Shown piece by piece: positions 49,561 to 62,199 of a DNA stretch of 64,000 bases. The notes under the pieces are model-generated. The model did not search any database, was not told the origin of the DNA, and saw only the letters and a list, made by a program, of their open reading frames with translations. Location of the stretch: assembly GCA_950097015.1 (NCBI GenBank), contig CATNEN010000007.1, positions 3,410,001 to 3,474,000 on the forward strand, written 5' to 3'. The position numbers were made by a program, and so were the translations under genes. The stretch is from Macrostomum hystrix (lineage: Eukaryota > Animalia > Platyhelminthes). How positions within the stretch are numbered: position 1 is the first letter of the stretch; each line of letters starts with the position of its first letter.

Positions 49561-50570
49561 ATGGAGGCGGCGACGGCGGCCCGTCTTGCTGCTCGAAGCC
49601 GTCTGGCACTGTTGCTGCCGCTGCTGCTGCTGCTGCTTCCGCTGCAGCTGTCTCTGTGTGATATGACTGCCACGGCTGCAAACTACACAAACATAGTAGA
49701 CCGCATCGTGGAGACCATCTTCACCAACTACAACAAGCACCAGAGGCCGGTTGAGTTGGTCGATCCGACTGGCCAGCAGCCGCCGCCGCCGCAGGTCGAA
49801 GGCGGCAAGCCATTCGAGCCGCCAACCAAAGTGGACGTGAACATGAAAATCCTCAGCATCAACAAGGTCGACGTCATCAACATGGAATTCAGCTTGGACA
49901 TGTACCTGAGGCAGTTCTGGCGCGACAGACGCCTCAGCTGGGAGAACATTCCGCAGTTCAAATTCTACAACGACTCCATCGCCATCCCGGCCAAGAAGGA
50001 GCATCTGTGGCTGCCGGATCTGTTCTTTCGCAATGGCAAGGAGGGCTACCTGCACAAGATGACGCAGCCAAACTACCTGATACGCGTGGGACCCAACGGA
50101 GACATCCTGTACTCACAGAAGATCACCATGAAGTTCTCCTGCCAGATGCAGCTGCAGACGTTCCCGATGGACTTGCAAACCTGTTTTGTGAACATCGGCA
50201 GCTACGGCTACACCACCCGCAACCTGCTGTTCAAGTGGAAGCAGGACAAGGACAAACAGCCGGTGGAGCTGGACACCAGCATGCAGATCGCCGAGTTCAA
50301 CACGCCGAGCAAAGCTGAGACCATCGACTGCACCCAGGGCAGCGCCACCAGCACCGGCAGCTACGCCTGCCTGAAGGTCGTCTTTAAACTCGAGCGGCAG
50401 CTCAGCAGCTACCTGGCCGGGACCTACATCCCCTCCATCCTCATCGTGACGGTCAGCTGGCTGAACTTCTGGGTCAATATCGAAGCCGTGCCAGCCCGGG
50501 TGACCTTGGGGCTGCTCACCCTGCTGGGCATCCTCACCCAAGCCTCCACAGTGATGGGAAATTTGCCCAG
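49561..50570 (+). CDS. Anion-selective Cys-loop receptor (GluCl/GlyR-like), first exon B: signal peptide, ligand-binding domain, M1, M2
   Basis: Leu-rich signal peptide; WLPDLFFRN; Cys-loop CQMQLQTFPMDLQTC; AVPARVTLG; paralog of exon A. Ends CCC AG|GTGAGA (phase 2). Confidence 0.94.
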
Positions 50571-52214
50571 GTGAGACAACGGCCCGCCTAGCCGGGAAAA
50601 TGATCCTCAACAGCCGTGTGGGGATTTTGGGATTTGAGATACGGCCGGCAGCTCATTTCCATATTCCCTAGCAGATCCCATCAAGCAGCTCTGCATCCCC
50701 CGGGGGGGGGAGCTAAGCTTTTATAAATCCTTCTATTTTTTGAAGGCAGTTTTCGGTCTCGAGAATGCAGAGAGAGTCAGACAGAAACTACACGCGTATT
50801 TGAGTTGAGAATGCCTGATGCAGGTGGGCCGCACTCAGCTCAACTCCATCTTGCTTCGCCTGTCAAATAGTCCCGACTTTCCCGGAATGCAACGCGCTCG
50901 TGGCCGACGAGTAAAGTTTAAAGGAGGAAGGCCGAGTAGACTCCGAAGTTAATGCTCTCGGCAAGTTGGCAAACACTGCTGTTGCCAGGCAGGCTGCGCA
51001 GAGCGAAGCACTTTGGGGAGTGATTTGTCGATTCTCTCGAAATCGGCATCTCAATCTCTCAGACTGATTGCGCGAACCGGGAAAATGCGAATTGAGTTCT
51101 CCTGCTCTGAGTCCAACTGCTGCTCAGGCACAGTTGCTCATGGACTCACCGCAATGCTCGCCTCAAGTGATTTTGAGTTGCCCAGTCCTCACTGCTGAAA
51201 GGTGTGAAAGCAAGTGTTCGCTCAAGTGAATTAAATTGAGAATTTTTCTGTTGGAAATCGCCATTTTTTGTCAAAATGAAACTTTTCTTTCATTTTTCTA
51301 AAGTCTTGAGTCGGACTCTTAAGCCAACTCCGCCTTACAACGGCACCCATGGGGCAATCAGACGGTAACAGCTGTTGTGGCTTATAATTGCCTTAGAATA
51401 CTCGAGTGTATATTTTCCTTTGTGTTAGCCTTGCACGCCTCGCCCCCGCATTTGTGGCACTCGCTTCGGGTTTTGAAAGGCCGGGTTCCAGTTTAGCGGC
51501 TTGATTATCTGTTTACACAGACCACCAGCGCCATCGGCTTACAGGTCCGCGCTTTTGCTTTCTTCAGCAAAATGTTTTGCTTCTCTACCAGCCCTGATTC
51601 CCAAAGCTGATTTCGACGCTTTCCCCGGTAAATCTTTGACGCCCTGCTGTTGTCAAGCGGATGTGACAAGCGAACTGTCCGTTGGCGCAGCTGGAAATCA
51701 GCTTTCAGAATAAGCTAAGCTGCCAGAATAAGGAACAACTAAGGCGAACTTTAGGGCGTGTTTCTAACTCCAATTTAAAAAAATCTTTTGACACAATGCA
51801 TCCACAGCTTGGATGATGGGAGTTGGGAATTCTCTACGAGAGAAGGCCAACCATTATAGTCAGGCTTTTGTTGCTACCCAGCAGTGTATAACATTCCCTT
51901 TGGTGCCCAAATTAGTAGGCTGTCTCTTCTGCTACTGCATCACAAACCGATCGATAGCCCTGAATGCATGGCAGCATATTGCTTGCTTCTCTCCCAGACT
52001 CCGTGTTTCCTCCACAAGCAAAGCGCACGAAAATTCCCTTCATGATTCTATGCCTGCTTGTCTCAGCAGTCCTGGGGGGTTGGCGAGCCGTGTTTAACTT
52101 TTGCCAGCAACAGAGAGAAAACTGCCAAAACAGCTTCCTGAACACAGCTAAACAGCCCTGTGCCCTGCCAGCTGAAAGCTTTATGCTGGACCTAGAAACT
52201 TTGTCCTACGTTCC

Positions 52215-52950
52215 AATCCCCTCCGATCCCTATCTCCCCTACGATCCCTATCTCCCCTCCGATCCCTATCTCCCCTCCGATCCCTATCTCCCCTCCGATC
52301 CCCATCTCCCCTCCGATCCCTATCTCCCCTCCGATCCCTATCTCCCCTCCGATCCCTATCTCCCCTACGATCCCTATCTCCCCTCCGATCCCTATCTCCC
52401 CTCTGATCCCTATCTCCACTCCGATCCCTATCTCCCCTCCGATCCCTATCTCCACTCCGATCCCTATCTCCCCTCCGATCCTAATCTCCCCTCCGATCCC
52501 TATCTCCACTCTGATCCCTATCTCCCATCAGATCCCTATCTCCCATCAGATTCCTATCTCCCCCTCCGATCTTTATCTCCCCTCCGATCCCTATCTCCCA
52601 TCCGATCCATTTCTCCCCTCCGATCTCTGTCTCCCCTCCGATCCCTATCTCCCATCCGATCCTAATCTCCCCTCCGATCCCTATCTCCCCTCTGATCCCT
52701 ATCTCCCATCAGATCCCTATCTCCCATCAGATTCCTATCTCCCCCTCCGATCTCTATCTCCCCTCCGATCCCTATCTCCCCTCCGATCCCTATCTCCCCT
52801 CCGATCCCTATCTGCCATCCGATCCCTATCTCCACTCCGATCCCTATCTCCACTCCGATCCCTATCTCCACTCCGATCCCTATCTCCCCTCCGATCCCTA
52901 TCTCCCCTCCGATCCCTATCTCCCCTCCGATCCCTATCTCCCATCAGATC
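52215..52950. repeat. 18-bp minisatellite (TCCGATCCCTATCTCCCC)n
   Basis: Directly visible, inside the Cys-loop receptor intron. Confidence 0.93.
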
Positions 52951-54396
52951 AAATTCGTTTTGAGGACAGCAGAACGTGACAGGACGCGACACGTGCTTCT
53001 AGAAACATCCCGCTCCAATTTTCTTCCCACTTTTCTTGGTCACTTGATCGCGCGAATTCCCAGGCCAGTGTTGTCAGTCTAATCTCTCTCTCTCCCTGCC
53101 TCATCATAAACTGCACGGCCACGTGACCTCAGGTGTGTTAAAGAGAGCTCGGGAGAGACGTGGCACCCGCAGCAGAAAGGCGGGCGACTAGCGGAAAAAA
53201 GGACAGAAAATTATGGAGCCGGGTTTCTTTTTCTGTCGCCGACATATTCTGTCCACGCCTTCTCGGCTACCATCACACCGCTGCCGCGAGTCACAAAAAT
53301 GTGTGTGAGTGAGTGCTCCGTCTGTCAGCTAAGATTCTGGCGAGAAGCTGAAGGAAGCGAGAGACGCAGAAAGAGGCCAGATGAGTGGCAAGTATGTTCT
53401 GGGAACTTCTAGGCAGAGGGGAAGAGGGACAGAGAGGGCAGGGTATAGAGTGCGCGCTTTCTCGAATACTTGATAGGAATTCCGCATGAGAGCCCTTGGC
53501 GTCACAGGACAGCGGGCGCTGCTTCGGCTAGTTCGGCCAAACGCGGGGCCTGGAGCTCGCCGGGACTCGGCTGATGGAGTTGGTCTGGAGTTTTTTTAGC
53601 TCAAGGGCAGAAATTTGAGTTGTCAGCTCGCGGTGAATAGGTCAACGAGGTTTACGTTGGGTCAGGCCCAGCATGTGAAATGATTTCTTTTTCTAATAAA
53701 CGACTATCGATCGCGTGTTGAAGACACAAGTCCTCGTGGTGTGCCGACCTTATAGCCGCCCCGACGGTTTTCTACAGCAATGCACTACTCAAACATCGCC
53801 CCGTTGAACTAGTCAACAGTAGAAAGACAACTGGGAATGTCAATTAGTCATTTTTCCGCTCATAAAATTTCTTCATGCAACCATGTCGGCTCCGCAGACT
53901 GTGTCAATTAGTCGCAGGGAACATTGTTCTTAGCATCCCAGTCACCACGATCCCCTTCATCACCGTCTAGAGCGTCGGCGGCGACTGTCGGGACCTTCAA
54001 CAAAAGCACCCGATCAGCATCTCAAAGACGGCTGCTTTTCCAAAGACGGTTGAAATTGAAAACTCCTCTTCAGCATGCAGTCTTCAGTCAGGAGACAAAA
54101 TCAGTGAATGAAAATGAACGATGGCGACTTTCTAGGTTGATTTGTGCACACACAGGCAACATTTTTGTGTATTTAATACTCTGGAATGCTTAGTGACTGA
54201 GAACAAGGGTCCCAACGACAGTTAGACTCAGAATATTGAACCGTATAGTTTTATAAAGAGGGAAAATTTTGGTGGACTTTCATGAAAATCGGTCATTCGG
54301 TTTGGAAGCTGTCGTGAAGTAGGCAGTGGGTATTTGAAACACCACCGTGCTCTTTCTGCTGCTAAATAATTTCGCATCGTCCGAAACCTCCCGCAG

Positions 54397-54706
54397 AGTG
54401 GCCTACATCAAGGCCATAGACATCTGGATCATCGCCAGCATCATGTTCGTCATCGGAGCCCTGATCGAATTCGCCGTGGCTTCATTCCGCGCCCGCCGCA
54501 CGAAGATGGAGAACTGGCAGCAGGAGATTCGCAGCGTTGTCCGCTCCGAGCTCCAGCGACTGGCCGTCATCCGCGGACCGCCTCCGGGCATGCCGACGCC
54601 AGGAGCTGCCGCGGTAGCCGCGGCCGGCAACGCACACGGCTATCCGGGCTTTCCAGAGGAGCTGGAGGACCTGCTGGTTGTCAGCGTTGAGGAAGGCGGC
54701 AAAGGA

Positions 54707-54748
<42 letters not shown>

Positions 54749-54904
54749 GGAGCTGTGGCCCCGATTCCATCGCCAGACTCCGACATCGACGCTTACAGCC
54801 GGTTCCTGTTCCCCGCCTGCTTCCTGCTCTACAACTGCTTCTATTGGCTGTATTATCTGGTGCTGGTGGTCAAGATTGACCCCGGCCAGGGCGACCGTGC
54901 GTGA
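54397..54904 (+). CDS. Cys-loop receptor terminal exon: M2-M3 linker, M3, short intracellular loop with poly-Gly, M4
   Basis: Acceptor cctcccgcag|A completes the phase-2 Arg codon, giving LPR-VAYIKAIDIWIIASIMFVIGALIEFAVASF (M3) and DIDAYSRFLFPACFLLYNCFYWLYYL (M4). Stop TGA at 54902-54904. Confidence 0.92.
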
Positions 54905-55844
54905 GCCGTCCCCGACAAACTTTCCCTCAGAGAAGCACCAATGCGGTGTCACTTGGCAACGCGGTTTCAAGGACTACCTTTTTAAGCAACCAACTCTGCT
55001 TGAGAATTTCCTGTTGTCCTAATTAATTTCTCACATAGACTGTTATATTTTCACAAAAGTTTCGTTTCATTATGTGCTATGATTCTAAGGTTGCCGATCT
55101 GAAAACGAATAGTACGGCTGCTCCTTCTCTCCTCCAATACTCCTTCGTCCCATTTTTATAATCCTAGAAAAATTTTAGGTTTGTTAAAATTATTTGTTAG
55201 CGTTTCTTATGAGCAAATTCATTTCTGGGTTTAAACTTGCATCCCCAAATTTGATTGGCCAAGAATGGTTTCGTAGTTTCTATTTTTAGACGAGCACGTG
55301 ACACGCCTCAGCCAATAAAATTTCGATGCTTATTATAGCGACTTAAGCTGGCACCGAAATCCACAGATTCATGTGCACGAATCTAATAAATTTAGCTTAG
55401 TTTTCAGACAGAAAAAACTAAACTCAGTGCAGTTTTCTGTTTGAAAATATACCCCTAGATTTAGTCGTCCGTTTAGTTTTCGGTCATGTTTTGTTGACAA
55501 CGGATAACCCCTTGACTGGTTGGTGAAAAAGTTACTGTATCATTATTTAAAAGAGCTAATAGCTCCTAAAAATGCCATTTTTATAAATAACAATGACTTG
55601 AGTTGTAAATTTCTAAGAAAATGCTAACATATTACTTGACCATTCGTGAGGTTGCTCATTATTCAGTAAGTCATTCAATAAATATTTTTAATTTTTTACG
55701 ATGAGTGACATTAAGCTAAATGCGTTCAACATCATCATTTTTATGTACTTTTATTCTCGCAAAAATTAAATGCTTTTTTTGTTTCTTTTGAATAGCAAAT
55801 TTTAATTTGGTTCTTTCACCGCGTCTGCGAATCGCTTTCTTTTT

Positions 55845-56110
55845 AATCCCCCTCCCTTCATCTCCCTCCCTTCTTCTCACTCCTTTCATCTCCCTCTTTT
55901 TATTTCCCTCCCTTCATCTCCCTCCTTTCATCTACCTCTGTTCATCTCCTTCCCTTCATCTCCCTCCTTCATCTCCGTCCCTTCATATCCCTCCTTTCAT
56001 CTCCCTCCCTTCATCTCCCTCCCTTCATCTCCCTCCCTTCATCTCCCTCCTTTTATCTCCCTCCCTTCATCTGCCTCCCTTCATCTCCCTCCCGTCATCT
56101 CTCTTACTTC
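55845..56110. repeat. Degenerate pyrimidine-rich repeat (CCTTCATCTCCCTC)n
   Basis: Directly visible. Confidence 0.8.
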
Positions 56111-57079
56111 ATTTCGTACTTTAATTTCTATCTCTTCATCTGCCGCCCTTCATTTTTAATACATTATCGTCTAGCGTGAAAATATTTTCAACCAAAACAG
56201 GCAGACAAATATTATATAAGATGTTATCCACCACTTATAATTTATTGTAAGGTCCACAGCTGTCACAAATATTTTAATCCAGTCGCGAAGAAAATGTCTG
56301 TTTGGTAGGCGTTGTATTTTTCAATGTGTTTATATATTATTAATTTATATTTGCGCCTAATTTGAGACATTGTGCGCAACATGCATCCAACAGTTTTTTG
56401 TACACTAACTTTTTAAATTGTCCATTTCTATAAGAAGCACTTCTATAATTGTTATACTCGTAAATTATTAATTTTTTGTAAAAAAATGGTGTCACAAATC
56501 ACGTGTCTATTATGAAATATAGCTCGAGCATAGCTTACTTGTACTACCGAGCTGTTTCGCCTAATGCGATCTACTTCGTATAATCCCACAATTCTGTGCA
56601 GACAGGAAATTTATAAAAAGCGGAGCTTCATCTTTGTTTTCTGCTTCTCTTCTTTTCCCCCATGGGAGGGGCAAATTCCTGAACCAATTCCCAACCCTGC
56701 GGCGAGCAGACAGGTCGGAGGAAATTTTGCTAATTGTTTGCTACTGCCGAGGAATGAGGAAATCTAGAATGTTTATCTACTGGAGATTATTTTAGTAATG
56801 CACGGACCAGACTGGGCCTCTGCGACACAACTGTCGGACTACTGCAGCAGTGCTTGAAATATTGAAGTTTCTGCCTCCCACCACTCCACTTTCTAACACT
56901 GCCCGATGTCTTTTATCGATCAGATCGATAATTTAGTCTGGCTTGAAATTTTAAGGGGCTCAGCCCCCCAAACTTTACTTTCTGACACCTCCAGTTGGTC
57001 TTAATCGATTGGACTAATACATTTGGGCTTGGATTTTTCGGTAATTAGCTCTAACACCCATTTCCTGAAGCCTCCTGCT

Positions 57080-57650
57080 GCTTTTAATCGATCGGAATGT
57101 TACAATAGGGGCTTTTATCGATCGGAATGTTGCAATAGGGGCTTTTATCGATCGGAATGTTGCAATATGGGCTTTTATCGATCGGAGTGTTCAATAGGGG
57201 CTTTTATCGATCGAAATGTTACAATAGGGGCTTTTATCGATCGGACTGTTGCAACAGGGGCTTTTATCGATCGGACTGTTACAATAGGGGCTTTTATCGA
57301 TCGGTTTGTTACTCAAGAGGCTTTTATCGATCGGACTGTTACTCAAGAGGCTTTTATCGATCGGACTGTTACTCAAGAGGCTTTTATCGATCGGACTGTT
57401 ACTCAAGAGGCTTTTATCGATCGGACTGTTGCTATGGGGCTTTTATCGATCGGAATGTTGCTATGGGGGGCTTTTATCGATCGGACTGTTGCTATGGGGG
57501 CTTTTATCGATCGGACTGTTACAATAGGGGCTTTTATCGATCGAACTGTTACAATTGGGGCTTTTTATCGATCGGACTGTTTCAATAGGTGCTTTTATTG
57601 ATCGGACTGTTGCTATGGGGGTTTTTATCGATCGGACTGTTGCCATAGGG
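57080..57650. repeat. 30-bp minisatellite (GGGCTTTTATCGATCGGACTGTTACAATAG)n
   Basis: Directly visible; invariant core TTTTATCGATCG. Confidence 0.92.
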
Positions 57651-58224
57651 GTAGGGGCCGCCATATTACTTTTGAGACCTTCAGCTGCAGTTAAAAAAAG
57701 TATTCTGTTGTTCACACACAATCTTGCATTTTAAGCCACCGAAATCAAGAAGTTTAGCGCAGTAATAAAAATCCGCTGTAAATATCAGTTACAAATCAAT
57801 CTCAGGTGGAATCATATTCCAATGGTCCACACCAATCGGTCCGCCAGATTTGATACTAAATTGGAAACTGGAAGATTGGAAATCTGATTCCATATTGAAC
57901 CTGATTGATTTTTTGCCTGTTATTGCTAATGAGGTAACTCAAACAGCAGAGATTAGAGCACTCTTCATGAGTCATCCGTGTAGGCAAAGGTACACTTAGT
58001 ACAGTTAATTGGATTTGCACTCTTGCTTTTCAATCATCGGTTTTGTGGCACACGTAGACTATTAAATTGCTGACGCCATCATGCTAATGTAAGTTTAAAC
58101 TGACAGACACCCGGGACAGAAGTGTCATGCCGTAGTACGTATTACAAGAAGTATTGGCACAGGACGGGCATTTGCGTACCTGACACCTGATCAGACAGCC
58201 CTGCCAGTGTACAGATGTCCAGAC

Positions 58225-58830
58225 AAGACAGATGTCTAGAACAGACAGATAGATAGACAGAACAGACAGATAGATAGCTAGAACAGACAGATATATAGCT
58301 AGAACAGACAGATAGATAGCTAGAACAGACAGATAGATAGCCAGAACAGACAGATAGATAGCCAGAACAGACAGATAGATAGCCAGAACAGACAGATAGA
58401 TAGCCAGAACAGACAGATAGATAGCCAGAACAGACAGATAGATAGCTAGAACAGACAGATATATAGCTAGAACAGACAGATAGATAGCTAGAACAGACAG
58501 ATAGATAGCCAGAACAGACAGATAGATAGCTAGAACAGACAGATAGATAGCCAGAACAGACAGATAGATAGCTAGAACAGACAGATAGATAGCCAGAACA
58601 GACAGATAGATAGCTAGAACAGACAGATAGATAGAAAAGACAGACGGATAGCTAGAACAGACACACGGATAGGTAGAACAGACACACGGATAGCTAGAAC
58701 AGACACACGGATAGGTAGAACAGACACACGGATAGGTAGAACAGACACACGGATAGGTAGAACAGACACACGGATAGCTAGAACAGACACACGGATAGCT
58801 AGAACAGACACACGGATAGCTAGAACAGAC
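58225..58830. repeat. 21-bp minisatellite (AGATAGATAGCTAGAACAGAC)n shifting to an ACACGGATAG variant
   Basis: Directly visible, with a polar change in unit sequence. Confidence 0.92.
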
Positions 58831-59859
58831 AGATAACCTCTGAGATAGGAGATAGAAGCAGGGAGAAAACAAATTCGATAAGCCCAGAAGGAGCGACACT
58901 TTGCGTGATTGGTAAATCCCGGAGTCGCAGTAATTAAAAGGCGCGAATGTCCCACCTATCGCTCCCGAACGCAATCAATGTTGCTACATGTCTGGAATCG
59001 CACATCAAAGGCCAGCTATAGGGGTGGAGTTTTAGCCATTAAATCTTAATTTAGAATCTAAATTGGCAAGAGATTGAAGACTGCGAGAAGAAACACAAAC
59101 AGGAAATCGTCAGGGAGAAAGCAGGAAATAAATCCGAGCTCCAGTTTGAGCACTGCTCAAGGCCTCAGTGGGGGGAGCTTATTATCCCGTCACGGTCTCC
59201 CCCACTTCCCCTGTCCTTTTCCCTTCTCCCCGCTGGTTTTCAGGAGAACTCTCCCAGTTTATCGCCTCGGGCGGCCCGCCAGGCCTGATGGGATTCCCTC
59301 TCTGTGGGGATATTTTTTGTTGTTGGCAAGAACAGCCTCAGACTGCATATCAGACGTGCTCTCCGCCTGCTTTCGGCCTTCAAAAAGAGACTTCTGCTTG
59401 AGAATGAGAACCCTAACACAGGAGTTGCCAGTGGGGAGATGGGACTGAGGCTGCGCCGGTAGGGGGATCAAGGAATATGAATATGAGGGCATTTGGGAGA
59501 GAGGTTGTAGGGGATAAATTTAGGCTCCGACCCTCCCCCTACACCTCAGGCAGTCTGATCCCAAGATCCCAATATCGGCGGTCTTGTATAAGGAAAGAAA
59601 TCCCATGTTCCTGGCGGTACCGGGCTGGCATCCTCAACTTCTTTGTGCCGCCGCAGCGCCTCCCCTTTCCCCCTTACCAAATCCCCGGCGCGCGAGAGTT
59701 CGCGTTTTGGCCCTAATTTTCCTTCTACTTCATTCTCCCAACTAACTAACCCCTCTAAAACTCAATCACCATCCTCATCTCATCATTTGCCCAACCCTGA
59801 TTGCCACAGTGTTAGCTCTGCGTGTCCTACTCTAATCAGCTCTATCTCATTCCTTCTGA

Positions 59860-61640
59860 CTCTCTCACACATCCAATCTCATCCTAACTCACCGTCTCTC
59901 CCATCCAATCTCATCTTATCTCACTCTCTCACCCATTCTATCTCATCTCCCACTCTCACACATTCACTCCCACCCAATCTCATCCTAACTCATCCTAACT
60001 CACCGTCTCTCCCATCCAATCTCATCTTATCTCACTCTCTCACCATTCTATCTCATCTCCCACTCTCACGCATTCACTCTCACTCACACATTCACTCTCA
60101 CTCACACATTCACTCTCATTCACACATTCACTCTCACTCACACATTCACTCTCACTCAAACATTCACTCTCACTCACACATTCACTCTCATTCACACATT
60201 CACTCTCATTCACACATTCACTCTCATTCACACATTCACTCTCACTCACACATTCACTCTCACTCACACATTCACTCTCACTCACACATTCACTCTCATT
60301 CACACATTCACTCTCATTCACACATTCACTCTCATTCACACATTCACTCGCATCCAATCTCATCCCAACTCACCTCTCTCCCATCCAATCTCATCCTAAC
60401 TCATCCTAACTCACCGTCTCTCCCATCCAATCTCATCCTAACTCATCCTAACTCACCGTCTCTCCCATCCAATCTCATCTTATCTCCCTCTCTCACCATT
60501 CTATCTCATCTCCCACTCTCACACATTCACTCTCACTCACACATTCACTCTCATTCACACATTCACTCTCACTCACACATTCACTCTCACTCACACATTC
60601 ACTCTCATTCACACATTCACTCTCACTCACACATTCACTCTCACTCACACATTCACTCTCATTCACACATTCACTCTCATTCACACATTCACTCTCATTC
60701 ACACATTCACTCTCACTCACACATTCACTCTCACTCACACATTCACTCTCACTCACACATTCACTCTCATTCACACATTCACTCTCATTCACACATTCAC
60801 TCTCATTCACACATTCACTCTCATTCACACATTCACTCTCACTCACACATTCACTCTCACTCACACATTCACTCTCATTCACACATTCACTCTCATTCAC
60901 ACATTCACTCTCATTCACGCATTCACTCTCACTCACACATTCACTCTCATTCACACATTCACTCGCATCCAATCTCATCCCAACTCACCTCTCTCCCATC
61001 CAATCTCATCCTAACTCATCCTAACTCACCGTCTCTCCTATCCAATCTCATCCTAACTCATCCTAACTCACCGTCTCTCCCATCCAATCTCATCCTAACT
61101 CATCCTAACTCACCGTCTCTCCCATCCAATCTCATCCTAACTCATCCTAACTCACCGTCTCTCCCATCCAATCTCATCTTATCTCACTCTCTCACCCATT
61201 CTATCTCATCTCCCACTCTCACACATTCACTCCCACCCAATCTCATCCTAACTCATCCTAACTCACCGTCTCTCCCATCCAATCTCATCCTAACTCATCC
61301 TAACTCACCGTCTCTCCCATCCAATCTCATCCTAACTCATCCTAACTCACCGTCTCTCCCATCCAATCTCATCCTAACTCATCCTAACTCACCATCTCTC
61401 CCACCCAATCTCATCCTAACTCATCCTAACTCACCGTCTCTCCCACCCAATCTCATCCTAACTCATCCTAACTCACCGTCTCTCCCATCCAATCTCATCC
61501 TAACTCATCCTAACTCACCGTCTCTCCCATCCAATCTCATCTGATCTCACTCTCTCACCCATTCTATCTCATCTCCCACTCTCACACATTCACTCGCATC
61601 CAATCTCATCCCAACTCATCCAATCTCACCCTCTCTCCCA
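59860..61640. repeat. Composite satellite: 18-bp (CACATTCACTCTCA(C/T)TCA)n blocks alternating with 42-bp (CTCATCCTAACTCACCGTCTCTCCCATCCAATCTCATCCTAA) blocks
   Basis: Directly visible; accounts for the 633-aa His/Ser pseudo-ORF. Confidence 0.9.
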
Positions 61641-61909
61641 TCCATTCTCATCCAATCTGTTCCAATCTTCAGTTCAAGATGCATTCCGGACGCGCTGGAT
61701 TCAAAGAAAAAATTAACCTTTCTTTTTTCGATTTTCGGACAAGTCATAAATTTCGATGCAACCGACTGTAGCCCAGATTAATGAGGGGATCGAAACCCTC
61801 TCGCTGGCAATAATTGCCCCTGCAAGATTCTCAACCAGGATTTCCCTCTCGGTCAGATTCCATTTCCCTTATGCATGCTTGAGAAAAAATCCTAATCAAC
61901 TGGCCAACA

Positions 61910-62160
61910 ATCTCCGATTCTACCCCTGTCTCTCCGATTCTACCCCTGTCTCTCCGATTCTACCCCTGTCTCTCCGATTCTACCCCTGTCTCTCCGATTC
62001 CACCCCTGTCTCTCCGATTCTACCCCTGTCTCTCCGATTCTACCCCTGTCTCTCCGATTCTACCCCTGTCTCTCCGATTCTACCCCTGTCTCTCCGATTC
62101 TACCCCTGTCTCTCCGATTCTACCCCTGTCTCTCCGATTCTTCCCCTGTCTCCCCGATTT
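61910..62160. repeat. 20-bp minisatellite (TCTCCGATTCTACCCCTGTC)n
   Basis: Directly visible. Confidence 0.93.
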
Positions 62161-62199
62161 CATTCCCTCTCGCTAAGATTATGTCCCTCATACACAGAT

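Noticed and set aside
51790-52200. Moderately GC-rich intronic stretch that might be an old retroelement fragment or extra receptor exon
   Set aside because: No Cys-loop or RT motif recognisable in any frame.
59643-61544. 633-aa His/Ser-rich ORF
   Set aside because: Translation of 18-bp and 42-bp satellites; GTG start, no domain and no splice context.
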